Shown: piece after piece, positions 43,156 to 52,500 of the stretch
Numbering within the stretch: the stretch's first letter is position 1
Layout of the letters: each line of letters starts with the position of its first letter
Assembly (NCBI GenBank): GCA_964485515.1
Contig: CAZALT010000004.1
Span: forward strand, 1 to 53,160
Direction: 5' to 3'
DNA from: an uncultured Rhabdothermincola sp.
Lineage (GTDB): Bacteria; Actinomycetota; Acidimicrobiia; Acidimicrobiales; Acidimicrobilacustridaceae
DNA length: 53,160 bases
The notes under the pieces: model-generated
Told to the model about the DNA's origin: nothing
The model's input: only the letters and a program-made list of their open reading frames with translations
The model's database searches: none
Translations under genes and position numbers: made by a program

Positions 43156-43174
43156 ATACTACCTAGTAGGTTGA
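43156..43174 (-). promoter_or_regulatory. Island operator/promoter motif, copy H (perfect; plus-strand ATACTACctAGTAGGTTGA)
   Basis: Minus-strand reading is TTGCGT(43183-43178)-N16-TAGTAT(43161-43156). Sits between the divergent small gene (start 43095) and the P450 (start 43253). Confidence 0.6.
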
Positions 43175-43252
43175 ATCACGCAAAAGCCGCGAAGTTGCCG
43201 TCCTGGGGACCCTGGGGCCGGGCTTCGGACGTCATGGGGGTGCACACAGCAC

Positions 43253-44521
43253 ATGGGTGAACGAACGACGGTCGACTTCGACCACCACGGCCAGGCACTG
43301 GTCGACGACCTGAACGGCACGTACGACGAGCTGCGGTCGAAGTGCCCAGTCGCCTACAGCGAGGCACACGGGGGCTACTGGGTCGTGTCATCCCACGCCG
43401 CCGTCTCCGAGGTGGCCGGCAACCAGGACGTGTTCGCCTCGGACAACGATCCGAACGGTGAGCGCGACGGCTACGGCGGCAACGTCGTGCCGTCCAACGG
43501 CATCCGCTTCGGCTTCGTCGAGAGCGACGCCCCGTACTGGGCCGGCGTTCGCCGCCTGCTCAACCCCTACTTCTCGCCGCCGGCCGTCGAGCGGTGGCGC
43601 CCGCGCTTCGTCGACGTGACGAACGCGTGCATCGACCGCATCATCGAGAAGGGCGAGGGCGACCTCATCGACGACGTCGTGTCGCCGATCCCGGCCGTCA
43701 TCACCCTGCTGCTGATGGACCTGCCGCTCGAGAAGTGGCGTCGGTACGGCGACGCCATGCACCACCTCAACACCTCGGCCGCGGGAACGCCGGCCGGTGA
43801 GGCCGCCGCCGCCGAGCTCGATGCCGTCGCCGCCGACCTGCAGGAGATCATCGCCGAGCGACGGGCCCCGGGCTACGAGGGCACCGACATCTTCACCGTG
43901 CTGTGCCAGGCCGAGATCGACGGCCGACAGCTCACCCCCGAGGAGCTGCTGGGCGAGGGGCTCCTCCTCGTCAACGGCGGTGTCGACACGACCACCTCGC
44001 TGCTGGGCAGCGCGCTGGCCTGGCTCCAGGAGAACCCGACCGAGCGGGAGGCACTGAGCGCCGACCCCTCGCTGCTGCCGATCGCGACCGAGGAGTTCCT
44101 GCGCTGCTTCGCGCCGGTCACGGGCATGGCCCGCACGGCCACCCGCGACTACGAGCTGCAGGGCGAGGAGATCCACGCCGGCGACCGCGTCCTCATGGGC
44201 TTCGTCGGCGCCAACCGCGACCCCGCCGTGTTCACCGACCCCGACCAGATCCAGCTCGACCGCTGGCCCAACCGGCACGCGAGCTTCGGCCTCGGCATCC
44301 ACCGCTGCATCGGCTCGAACTTCGCCCGGGCGATCATCCAGACCGTCATCGAGCGGGTGCTCGCCCGCTTCGACGACATGGTCATCGACCTGTCGGGGAG
44401 CACCCGATACCCCGATCAGGGCATCAACCAGGGCTGGGTCAGCCTGCCGTTCACCTTCACGCCCGGCGAGAAGGTCGGCAGCGACATCGTCATCCCCGAC
44501 GTGGAGCCCGCGGCGCACTGA
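43253..44521 (+). CDS. Cytochrome P450
   Basis: 422 aa. FGLGIHRCIGSNFAR, EEFLRCF (ExxR), GGVDTT I-helix. Confidence 0.95.
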   Translation: MGERTTVDFDHHGQALVDDLNGTYDELRSKCPVAYSEAHGGYWVVSSHAAVSEVAGNQDVFASDNDPNGERDGYGGNVVPSNGIRFGFVESDAPYWAGVRRLLNPYFSPPAVERWRPRFVDVTNACIDRIIEKGEGDLIDDVVSPIPAVITLLLMDLPLEKWRRYGDAMHHLNTSAAGTPAGEAAAAELDAVAADLQEIIAERRAPGYEGTDIFTVLCQAEIDGRQLTPEELLGEGLLLVNGGVDTTTSLLGSALAWLQENPTEREALSADPSLLPIATEEFLRCFAPVTGMARTATRDYELQGEEIHAGDRVLMGFVGANRDPAVFTDPDQIQLDRWPNRHASFGLGIHRCIGSNFARAIIQTVIERVLARFDDMVIDLSGSTRYPDQGINQGWVSLPFTFTPGEKVGSDIVIPDVEPAAH

Positions 44522-44718
44522 TGCGAGTACAGATCGACCAAGACCGCTGCATGGGCCACGCCATGTGCAACCTCGCCGCACCGCAGGTCTTCGGCCTGAG
44601 CGACGAGGACGGGCACGGCTACGTCCTTCTCGACGAGGTTCCCCCCGAGCTGGAGGCCGCGGCGCGACGCGGCGCCGAGGGCTGCCCCGAGGAAGCCATC
44701 ACCATCCTGGATGACTGA
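44521..44718 (+). CDS. 3Fe-4S ferredoxin
   Basis: ORF 43903..44718 trimmed to ATG 44521 (1-nt overlap with the P450 stop). MRVQIDQDRCMGHAMC...GCPEEAI. Confidence 0.85.
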   Translation: MRVQIDQDRCMGHAMCNLAAPQVFGLSDEDGHGYVLLDEVPPELEAAARRGAEGCPEEAITILDD

Positions 44719-44745
44719 CATCCGACCCATCCTGAGGAGCCCACG

Positions 44746-45507
44746 ATGACGACGACCGATCTGCGCATGGACGGGCGGGTCGCCCTCGTCACCGGCGCCG
44801 CCGGTGGCATCGGCAAGGCGTACGCCGAGGGGCTGGCCGCGGCCGGCGCCGCGGTCGCGCTCGTCGACCTCGACCCATCAGTGGGTGCGGTGTCCGACGC
44901 GATCGACGGGGACACGGCTGCGTTCACCGTCGACGTCGCGAACCTCGACGCCGTCTCGCAGCTGGCAGCTGAGGTGGAGGAGCGGTTCGGCCGAGTCGAT
45001 GCCCTGGTGAACAACGCTGCGCTCGACGGCGCTCCGGGAGCGACGCCCCTCGTCGATCTCGCCCCCGACCTCTACGACCTGACGATGGCCGTCAACGTCA
45101 AGGGGATGTGGCTCGTCACGCGGGCACTGCTCCCGCTGCTCGAACGAAGCGGGCACGGCTCGGTGGTGAACCAGGGCTCGATCGGAGCGTTCCTCGCAAG
45201 CGCCGGCTACCTGCCGTACATCACGTCGAAGAACGCGGTGATCGGCCTCACCAAGGCGCTGGCCCGCGAGCTCGGTCCGCTCGGCATCCGGGTGAACAGC
45301 CTCGCCCCAGGTTCGGTCGCCACCGAGAGCGTGTTTCGCTCCGTGCCGCCCGAGACGATCAAGGCGATCGTCGAGTCGCAGTGCATCCAGCAGCACATGC
45401 AGCCCGAGGACCTGATGGGACCGCTCCTCTTCCTGCTCAGCGATGCCAGCGCCTTCGTGAGCGGTCAGACCCTCGTGGTCGACGGCGGCGGCGTCATGCT
45501 CCCCTGA
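44746..45507 (+). CDS. SDR-family oxidoreductase
   Basis: 253 aa, SD GAGGAG. VTGAAGGIGKA, NNAAL, YITSKNAVIG. Confidence 0.9.
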   Translation: MTTTDLRMDGRVALVTGAAGGIGKAYAEGLAAAGAAVALVDLDPSVGAVSDAIDGDTAAFTVDVANLDAVSQLAAEVEERFGRVDALVNNAALDGAPGATPLVDLAPDLYDLTMAVNVKGMWLVTRALLPLLERSGHGSVVNQGSIGAFLASAGYLPYITSKNAVIGLTKALARELGPLGIRVNSLAPGSVATESVFRSVPPETIKAIVESQCIQQHMQPEDLMGPLLFLLSDASAFVSGQTLVVDGGGVMLP

Positions 45508-45516
45508 CCAACCCAC

Positions 45517-45577
45517 AACGACCGTTCTGGCGTTCGTCGCCGTCGTGGAGCGACGGCGACGAACGCAATTTGGGTGG
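45517..45577. repeat. 61-nt hairpin element, copy 1 (16-bp perfect stem 45530-45545 / 45551-45566, loop TGGAG)
   Basis: gcgttcgtcgccgtcg-tggag-cgacggcgacgaacgc read directly. Flanks (aacgacc gttctgg ... aatttgggtgg) are shared with copy 2. Confidence 0.85.
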
Positions 45578-45611
45578 GGACGACGAGGCAGGACTGCCTG
45601 TTGACCGAACG

Positions 45612-45673
45612 AACGACCCGTTCTGGCGTACGTCGCCGTCGTGGACCGACGGCGACGAACGCAATTTGGGTGG
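45612..45673. repeat. 62-nt hairpin element, copy 2 (stem 45626-45641 / 45647-45662, one A.A mismatch, loop TGGAC)
   Basis: Near-identical to copy 1 (1-nt indel and about 3 substitutions), 95 nt downstream. Both lie between the convergent SDR (stop 45507) and hydratase (stop 45693). Confidence 0.85.
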
Positions 45674-45692
45674 TGGGGAGGTCTGGGGTGGA

Positions 45693-46454
45693 TCAGGACC
45701 TGTCGGAGCTGGAGATCTTCGACCGGAGGGCCTTCAGGCGTTCGGCGAAGTAGGGCTGGTCCATCGACCACAGCTGGGAGGTGAGCTCGCGCTCGAGGGC
45801 GTCGGCGTAGGTGGTGATGGTGCGGGTGTCACGGATCGTGGCCTTGGCCTCGATGAGCAGGTCGCGCGGCGCGTTGGCCGCGCCCCTGGCGAACGCGACG
45901 GCGTCGTGGACGAGCTGGTCGCCCTGGGCGACCTGCTGCACGAGCCCGGCAGACTGGGCGGCCGCAGCATCGAGCACCCGGCCGAACAGGACCATCGACG
46001 CGGTGGCCGCGGGCCCGACCGTGCGGTCGGCGAGCCAGGTGTGGCCGCCGCCCGGGTGGATGCCGAGCGACAGGAACCGGGAGTCGAACTTGGCGAAGGG
46101 GCCGGCGAAGCGGACGTCGCAGGCCAGCGCCAGGTTCATGCCGGCACCCACGGCCGCGCCGTTGACCGCGGCGACGGTGGGGAGCACGAAGCGCTCAGTG
46201 CGGGTGAACATCTCGTAGATGCCCCGCAGGCCCTCCTCGCGCGCCGCGCCGAGGGCGCTGAGGTCGGCGCCGGCGCAGAACGCCCGGCCCCGGCCGGTGA
46301 CGACGAGCGCGAAGACGGACTCGTCCGATTCCAGGTCGTCGAGCAGTCCGACGTAGCTCTGGACCAGGTCGGGGGTGAGCGCGTTGCGTCGATCGGGATC
46401 GTTCAGCTCGACGACCGCGACGCCGTCCTCGATCCGTGACTCGATGAGTGCCAT
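45693..46454 (-). CDS. Enoyl-CoA hydratase/isomerase family
   Basis: 253 aa, SD GGAGGA. VAVVELNDPDRRNAL, FCAGADL, VNGAAVGAGMNLALACD. Confidence 0.9.
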   Translation of the reverse strand: MALIESRIEDGVAVVELNDPDRRNALTPDLVQSYVGLLDDLESDESVFALVVTGRGRAFCAGADLSALGAAREEGLRGIYEMFTRTERFVLPTVAAVNGAAVGAGMNLALACDVRFAGPFAKFDSRFLSLGIHPGGGHTWLADRTVGPAATASMVLFGRVLDAAAAQSAGLVQQVAQGDQLVHDAVAFARGAANAPRDLLIEAKATIRDTRTITTYADALERELTSQLWSMDQPYFAERLKALRSKISSSDRS

Positions 46455-46490
46455 GTGATGTCCTCCAGGATCCGAGCGGTTGGGCTTGGG

Positions 46491-47660
<1,170 letters not shown>

Positions 47661-47700
47661 GGGGAAGGCCTCACTTCAGGGGAGCGACTGGTGACGCGAG

Positions 47701-47719
47701 ATACTACCCAGTAGGTTGT
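47701..47719 (-). promoter_or_regulatory. Island operator/promoter motif, copy I (plus-strand ATACTACccAGTAGGTTGt)
   Basis: One mismatch. Minus-strand TAGTAT lies 41 nt upstream of the thiolase ATG 47660. The racemase gene is divergent. Confidence 0.6.
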
Positions 47720-47780
47720 GCACGTGCCCGTCGAGCGCTGTCTCGCCGGGACGGTTCGAGCACGCGTCGAGGGGATGTCG

Positions 47781-48917
47781 ATGGGACCGCTGTCGGGAAT
47801 CAAGGTCGTCGAGCTGGCCGGGCTGGGACCCGCGCCGTTCGGCACGATGATGCTGGCCGACCTCGGTGCCGACGTGATCCGCATCGACCGCGCCGGAGCC
47901 GTGGGCGGCGACGACACGAACGCGAAGCTCGACCTGCTCAACCGCGGGCGTCGCTCCATCGGCGTCGACCTCAAGTCACCCGAAGGCATCGCCGTGGTCC
48001 TCGACCTCGTCGCCACAGCCGACGTCCTCGTCGAGGGGTTCCGGCCCGGCGTCATGGAACGCCTCGGCCTCGGACCCGACGTGTGCACCGAGCGCAACGA
48101 GCGCCTCGTCTACGCCCGCATGACCGGCTGGGGCCAAGACGGTCCCAACGCCAAGGACGCCGGCCACGACATCAACTACATCGCCGTCGCCGGCGCGCTC
48201 GAACCGGTGGGCCGATTCGGCGAGCAGCCCACGCCACCGCTCAACCTCGTCGGCGACTTCGGCGGGGGAGGGATGCTCCTCGCTATGGGCGTGTGTGCCG
48301 CGCTGCTCGAGACCGCCCGCTCCGGCCAGGGCCAGGTCATCGACGTCGCCATGGTCGACGGCGCCGCGTCGCTGATGACCATGATCTGGTCGTTCCGCGA
48401 GATGGGCATCTGGGACGACGTGCGCGGCACCAACACGTTGGACTCGGGCGCGCACTTCTACGACACCTACGAGACGGCCGACGGGACGTACGTCGCCCTC
48501 GGGTCGGTCGAGCCGCAGTTCTACGCCGAGGTGCTCCGGGTGCTGGAGCTCGACCCCGACGAGTTCCCGCAGAACGACCGTGCGCGGTGGCCCGACCTGA
48601 AGCAGCGCGTGGCCGACGTGTTCCGGACCCGGACGCGGGCGGAGTGGTGCGAACGCTTCGAGGGCCACGACGCCTGCTTCTCGCCGGTGCTGTCGATCGC
48701 GGAGACCCCGACGCATCCGCACATGGCGCACCGCGGCACGTTCACCGAGGTCGACGGCATCCTCCAGCCCGGGCCGTCACCGCGCTTCGCCCGCACCCCC
48801 GGTTCGATCGAGCGCCCACCGCCCGGGCCCGGCGAGCACACCGACGAGGTCCTCGCCCAGCTCGGCCTCTCGGCCGAGCGGATCGCCGAGCTCCGGCGCG
48901 CCAACGCCATCGCGTGA
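47781..48917 (+). CDS. mcr: Alpha-methylacyl-CoA racemase (family III CoA-transferase fold)
   Basis: ORF 47718..48917. ATG 47781 (MGPLSG...) follows GAGGGG; ATG 47775 is also possible. MGPLSGIKVVELAGLGPAPFGTMMLADLGADVIRIDR, YARMTGWGQDGP, GHDINYIA, PPLNLVGDFGGGG, EPQFYAE, NDRARWPDL closely track mycobacterial MCR as I remember it. Confidence 0.9.
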   Translation: MGPLSGIKVVELAGLGPAPFGTMMLADLGADVIRIDRAGAVGGDDTNAKLDLLNRGRRSIGVDLKSPEGIAVVLDLVATADVLVEGFRPGVMERLGLGPDVCTERNERLVYARMTGWGQDGPNAKDAGHDINYIAVAGALEPVGRFGEQPTPPLNLVGDFGGGGMLLAMGVCAALLETARSGQGQVIDVAMVDGAASLMTMIWSFREMGIWDDVRGTNTLDSGAHFYDTYETADGTYVALGSVEPQFYAEVLRVLELDPDEFPQNDRARWPDLKQRVADVFRTRTRAEWCERFEGHDACFSPVLSIAETPTHPHMAHRGTFTEVDGILQPGPSPRFARTPGSIERPPPGPGEHTDEVLAQLGLSAERIAELRRANAIA

Positions 48918-48928
48918 GAATTTTCCCA

Positions 48929-48947
48929 GGAACCTACTACTGAGTAT
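48929..48947 (+). promoter_or_regulatory. Island operator motif, copy J1 (weaker; ggAACCTACTacTGAGTAT)
   Basis: Left half perfect, right half 5 of 7. It abuts the -35 TTGACA of the J2 promoter. Confidence 0.4.
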
Positions 48948-48957
48948 CTTGACATCA

Positions 48958-48976
48958 GGTCCGTACTGGGTAGTAT
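48958..48976 (+). promoter_or_regulatory. Island operator/promoter motif, copy J2 (ggtCCgTACTggGTAGTAT) with -35 TTGACA at 48949-48954
   Basis: TTGACA-N16-TAGTAT. About 297 nt upstream of ATG 49273. Confidence 0.6.
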
Positions 48977-49272
48977 GTGTCGTACCGCACATGGACGTGC
49001 GGGAGTGGCAGATCTGAGACCCGCACGGGCCGGAGCTGGCAAGTCCGAGTGATGAAACGTCTCTCCGGATCACCCAGCACGGCACCTCCAAGTTGCGCCT
49101 CGCATCCAGCCAACTTCCGGAGGGGCGTCCCTGCCTGACGGCGCTACCACGCGCCCTCGAGCTGGCGGTGTCCAGGGACTCGCGCGCCAAGACGGTGCGC
49201 GCCCCGGGCGAGTTCGGAGCCGCCGGTCAAATCGACCGGCGGGCAAACAGCGATAGGGAGGGGATCCCGCAC

Positions 49273-50478
49273 ATGAAGCGAGCTAGGACGTCGGTTCCGA
49301 AGGGACTGGCATTGATCGCCGTCGGAGCGTTGCTCTTCGGGGCGGCCGCGTGTTCGAGTGACGACAGTTCGTCGTCGAGCGACACCTCAGCGAGCAGTGG
49401 ATCGGCGAGCGGAGGCCTGACCGAAGCCAAGGCGAACGTCGACCGCCTCTTGCAGGCGCCCACGACCGTCGGTGTCACGACACCCATCAAGGAGGCTGCC
49501 CCCGCCGATGTCTCGGTGGCGTTCCTCGAGTGCCCGATTCCGGACTGCGCCGCCTTCAGCGGTGGCGCGGAAGATGCCGCAGCCGAGCTCGGCTGGGACT
49601 TCACGAGCATCAACTACGACCTCACGCCGGAGAGCTCGCAGGCCGCGTTCGACCAGGCCCTGGCCGGCGGAGCGAACGTGATCCTGAGCGTCGGCTCGGA
49701 TCCGTCCTGGCTCACCGAGCAGCGCAAGGTCGCCGACGAGCAGGGCGTCGTGTTCGTCGACTGCTGCACGCTCTACGAGTCCGATGCCGCCACCGCGACG
49801 GGGGACTACCTCACCGCCGAGAACCCGCCGGCCGCGGTCATCAACAACGTCGACTTCATCCAGCACGAGGCGTCGACGATCGCCGACTACGCGGCGGTGG
49901 AGACCGACGGCAAGGTGAAGGGCCTCACCATCTACGTCCCCGACTTCCCCATCGGGGGAGTCACTGCCGATGCGATCGACAAGCGGCTCGCCGAGGTGTG
50001 CCCCGACAGCTGCTCGAGCGAGCCGTTGGAGGTGTCGGTCAACGACCTCGGCACCAACGTCGGCCCCCGGGTCGTGAGCGCACTGCAGCGCGACCCGTCG
50101 ATCAACTACCTCTTCTTCATCACCGGCGACTTCGCCGGTGGCGTCACCCCCTCGCTCGTCGAGGCAGGGATGGCCGACCAGGTGAAGATGGTCGGCAACA
50201 GCGGCAACCTCACGACGTTCGAAGAGATGGCTGCCGGCGACGTCGAGCAGGCCTGGTTGGGCGTGCCTCTCGAGGTCGAGGGCTGGCGCATGGTCGACAT
50301 GGCGCTGCGCACGCTCCAAGGCGAGGCGATCCCGCCGACCTCGTCGCCGGAGGACACCGGCATCGGGGCGTGGCCGACCTTCCAGATTCTCACCGCCGAG
50401 AACTACCCCGACCCGGAGCCGTACCTGGCGCCGGCGAACTTCCGGGACATCTTCAAGGAGCTGTGGCTCCTCAACTGA
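49273..50478 (+). CDS. ABC transporter substrate-binding lipoprotein, PBP type 1 (sugar/CUT2-like), paralog 2
   Basis: ORF 49093..50478 trimmed to ATG 49273 (SD AGGGAGGGG). Signal plus lipobox GAAACSS. Colinear with 11260..12450, including CPIPDC and CPDSC Cys pairs and a C-terminal ...FKELWLLN versus ...FLELWGIN. Confidence 0.85.
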   Translation: MKRARTSVPKGLALIAVGALLFGAAACSSDDSSSSSDTSASSGSASGGLTEAKANVDRLLQAPTTVGVTTPIKEAAPADVSVAFLECPIPDCAAFSGGAEDAAAELGWDFTSINYDLTPESSQAAFDQALAGGANVILSVGSDPSWLTEQRKVADEQGVVFVDCCTLYESDAATATGDYLTAENPPAAVINNVDFIQHEASTIADYAAVETDGKVKGLTIYVPDFPIGGVTADAIDKRLAEVCPDSCSSEPLEVSVNDLGTNVGPRVVSALQRDPSINYLFFITGDFAGGVTPSLVEAGMADQVKMVGNSGNLTTFEEMAAGDVEQAWLGVPLEVEGWRMVDMALRTLQGEAIPPTSSPEDTGIGAWPTFQILTAENYPDPEPYLAPANFRDIFKELWLLN

Positions 50479-50618
50479 CCACAGAACTGCGGGGCCCGGG
50501 GCGGTGATGTCCCCGACCCTGCAGGACCTCGACCGAACCGCACGAACGAACGAACGCCGGAGCCGGGTCGAACCCAGCGTCGGTGACCCAGGCGCTGAGC
50601 AACCGAAGGGAACAAGAC

Positions 50619-51572
50619 ATGAGCATCACGGAAGAAGATCGGCAGCAGGCCGTCGACCTCAACTCGAACGAGGTGTTCGACGAGGGTGGGCGTGCCATCG
50701 ACACAGGAGTTCTCAACGAGGTCCTCGACGAGGTGCGCAGACTCGACCTCGAGCAGAACATCTGGGAGCTCGACACGGTCGGCTACACAGTGGTTCCTCC
50801 TGAGAAGGTACAGCCGCCCGAGTTCATCGACCGTCTCGTGGAGGCCGGCCTCCAGCAGGCGGAGAAGCGCCTCGGCTCTCGCCCGCAGCTCGAAGCCGGG
50901 TTCGAGGCCGGAAGTGTCGGGCAGGAGGCAAGCGAGGCGTCGGCGTTCGGCGCGGGCCTTCCGGCATGCCTGCTCGAAGACCGGGTGCTCGAAGAAGCCA
51001 TCCTGACGCCTGCTTCGCTGGCGATCGCCGACTACCTGCTGTCGAAGCGCTGCGTGATCGACTCCGTCGAGTACTTCATCAAGGGCACCGGCACCCCGAA
51101 GCTGGGGATCCACGTCGACCAGTTCTCGCCGCAGCCGTTCCCGCCGTACGCGCAGATCGTCAACATCACGTGGGCGCTGACCGACTACTTCGAAGAGGCG
51201 GGGCCCACGGCGTTCGTGCCAGGCAGCCACAAGCTGTGCCGGTTCCCCGCCGCCTACACCGGCGAGGGAGTCGACCAGCTGGTGCCGGTGACGGCGAAGA
51301 AGGGCTCGCTGATCGTGTGGCACGGCAACACCTGGCACGCCGCACTCCCGCGGACGGCGCCTGGCCTGCGCATGAGCCTCATCACGACCTACCGCCGCTC
51401 GTACCTCCAGACCACCGAGGGGTACCGCGGTCGGGTCCCGCAGGAGATCTACGACCGCAACCCCGAACGGTTCCGCCACCTCATCGGCGACGACCTCGGC
51501 TGGGCCCGCGATCCGTACACCGAGGACTACAACTCGGCCGAGTTCATCAACGCCGCCACCCGGCTCTTCTGA
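50619..51572 (+). CDS. Phytanoyl-CoA dioxygenase (PhyH) family Fe(II)/2-oxoglutarate oxygenase
   Basis: ORF 50583..51572 trimmed to ATG 50619 (AAGGGA 8 nt upstream). HVD facial-triad element (LGIHVDQF), distal His in LIVWHGNTWHAALPR. Confidence 0.8.
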   Translation: MSITEEDRQQAVDLNSNEVFDEGGRAIDTGVLNEVLDEVRRLDLEQNIWELDTVGYTVVPPEKVQPPEFIDRLVEAGLQQAEKRLGSRPQLEAGFEAGSVGQEASEASAFGAGLPACLLEDRVLEEAILTPASLAIADYLLSKRCVIDSVEYFIKGTGTPKLGIHVDQFSPQPFPPYAQIVNITWALTDYFEEAGPTAFVPGSHKLCRFPAAYTGEGVDQLVPVTAKKGSLIVWHGNTWHAALPRTAPGLRMSLITTYRRSYLQTTEGYRGRVPQEIYDRNPERFRHLIGDDLGWARDPYTEDYNSAEFINAATRLF

Positions 51573-51614
51573 GCGGCCAGGACGCACGTCCTCCCAGGTT
51601 TCCCCTGGGGTCCG

Positions 51615-51648
51615 GCCGCCCCGGCGACACCTTCGTCGTCGGGGCGGC
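51615..51648 (+). terminator. Terminator-like hairpin (14-bp stem with one G.U, 6-nt loop)
   Basis: gccgccccggcgac-accttc-gtcgtcggggcggc, 43 nt after the PhyH stop. No U-tract. Confidence 0.4.
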
Positions 51649-51741
51649 TCGACCTCTGGTTCGCACGGCGGTTGGCGGCGTCGATCGGTCGACCTCGCCA
51701 TCTACTCATCCAAGACGACAGCACGCGGAAAGAGGCAACAC

Positions 51742-52500
51742 ATGACACTCGACGGGAAGATCGCGATCGTGACCGGGGCCGGCATGGGCATCGGTCGGGG
51801 CGTGGCCATCGCCTTGGCGAAGGTGGGTGCCGACGTCGCCGTGCTCGAGGCCGATGCGGACAACGCGAAGGCGACGGGGGCGGAGATCGAGGACATCGGC
51901 CGCCGATCGCTCGTCGCGAACGTCGACGTGAGCGATGGCACAGCATGCGATGCCGCGGTGCAGCAGGTAGTCGAGGAGCTGGGCGGCGTCGACATCCTGG
52001 TCAACGACGCGGTGCCGCCGTGGGAGCACACACCGTTCGTCGACCAAGACGAAGCCATCATCCGACGACACTTCGAGGTCGGGGTGATGGGCGCGTTCTA
52101 CCTGATGCGTGCGGTGCATCCGAAGATGGTCGATCGCGGCGGCGGATCCATCATCAACTTCGGATCGTGGGCGGGGGCCGAGGGGCTCCCCGGCTATGCC
52201 GGCTATGGAGCGGCGAAGGAGGGCATCCGGGCACTCACGAAGTGCGCGGCCATGGAGTGGGGCGTCGACGGCATCCGGGTCAACAACATCTGCCCGTGGG
52301 CGAACTCCGACGGGGCGCGGCGCTTCCTCGAGGAGAACCCGGAGGGCTACGCGGAGCAGCTCCAACGAGTGCCGATGCACCGGATCGGCGACTGCGAGCT
52401 GGACATCGGTCGGACGGTGGTCTTCCTGGCGAGCGATGCCAGCAGCTACATGACGGCGAACACGCTCATGGTCGCGGGTGGCCAGGGTGCCGTGCGGTGA
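51742..52500 (+). CDS. SDR-family oxidoreductase
   Basis: 252 aa, SD GGAAAGAGG. VTGAGMGIGRG, NDAV, YGAAKEGIRA. Confidence 0.9.
   Translation: MTLDGKIAIVTGAGMGIGRGVAIALAKVGADVAVLEADADNAKATGAEIEDIGRRSLVANVDVSDGTACDAAVQQVVEELGGVDILVNDAVPPWEHTPFVDQDEAIIRRHFEVGVMGAFYLMRAVHPKMVDRGGGSIINFGSWAGAEGLPGYAGYGAAKEGIRALTKCAAMEWGVDGIRVNNICPWANSDGARRFLEENPEGYAEQLQRVPMHRIGDCELDIGRTVVFLASDASSYMTANTLMVAGGQGAVR

Noticed and set aside
48991-49017. 8-codon uORF (MDVREWQI*) and a 29-codon ORF (about 49053-49142) in the SBP2 leader as real small genes.
   Set aside because: They have no SD, and the longer ORF uses many A/T-ending codons atypical of this genome. They are mentioned only as leader features.
48977-49272. 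Known riboswitch (TPP, cobalamin) in the long SBP2 leader. A CTGAGA at about 49013-49018 and a GGTCAAATCGACCGG stretch looked suggestive.
   Set aside because: The remaining conserved cores are absent: the TPP ACCTGATCxGGxTAATxCC…GGGA element and the cobalamin B12 box. Only an Infernal scan could settle it.
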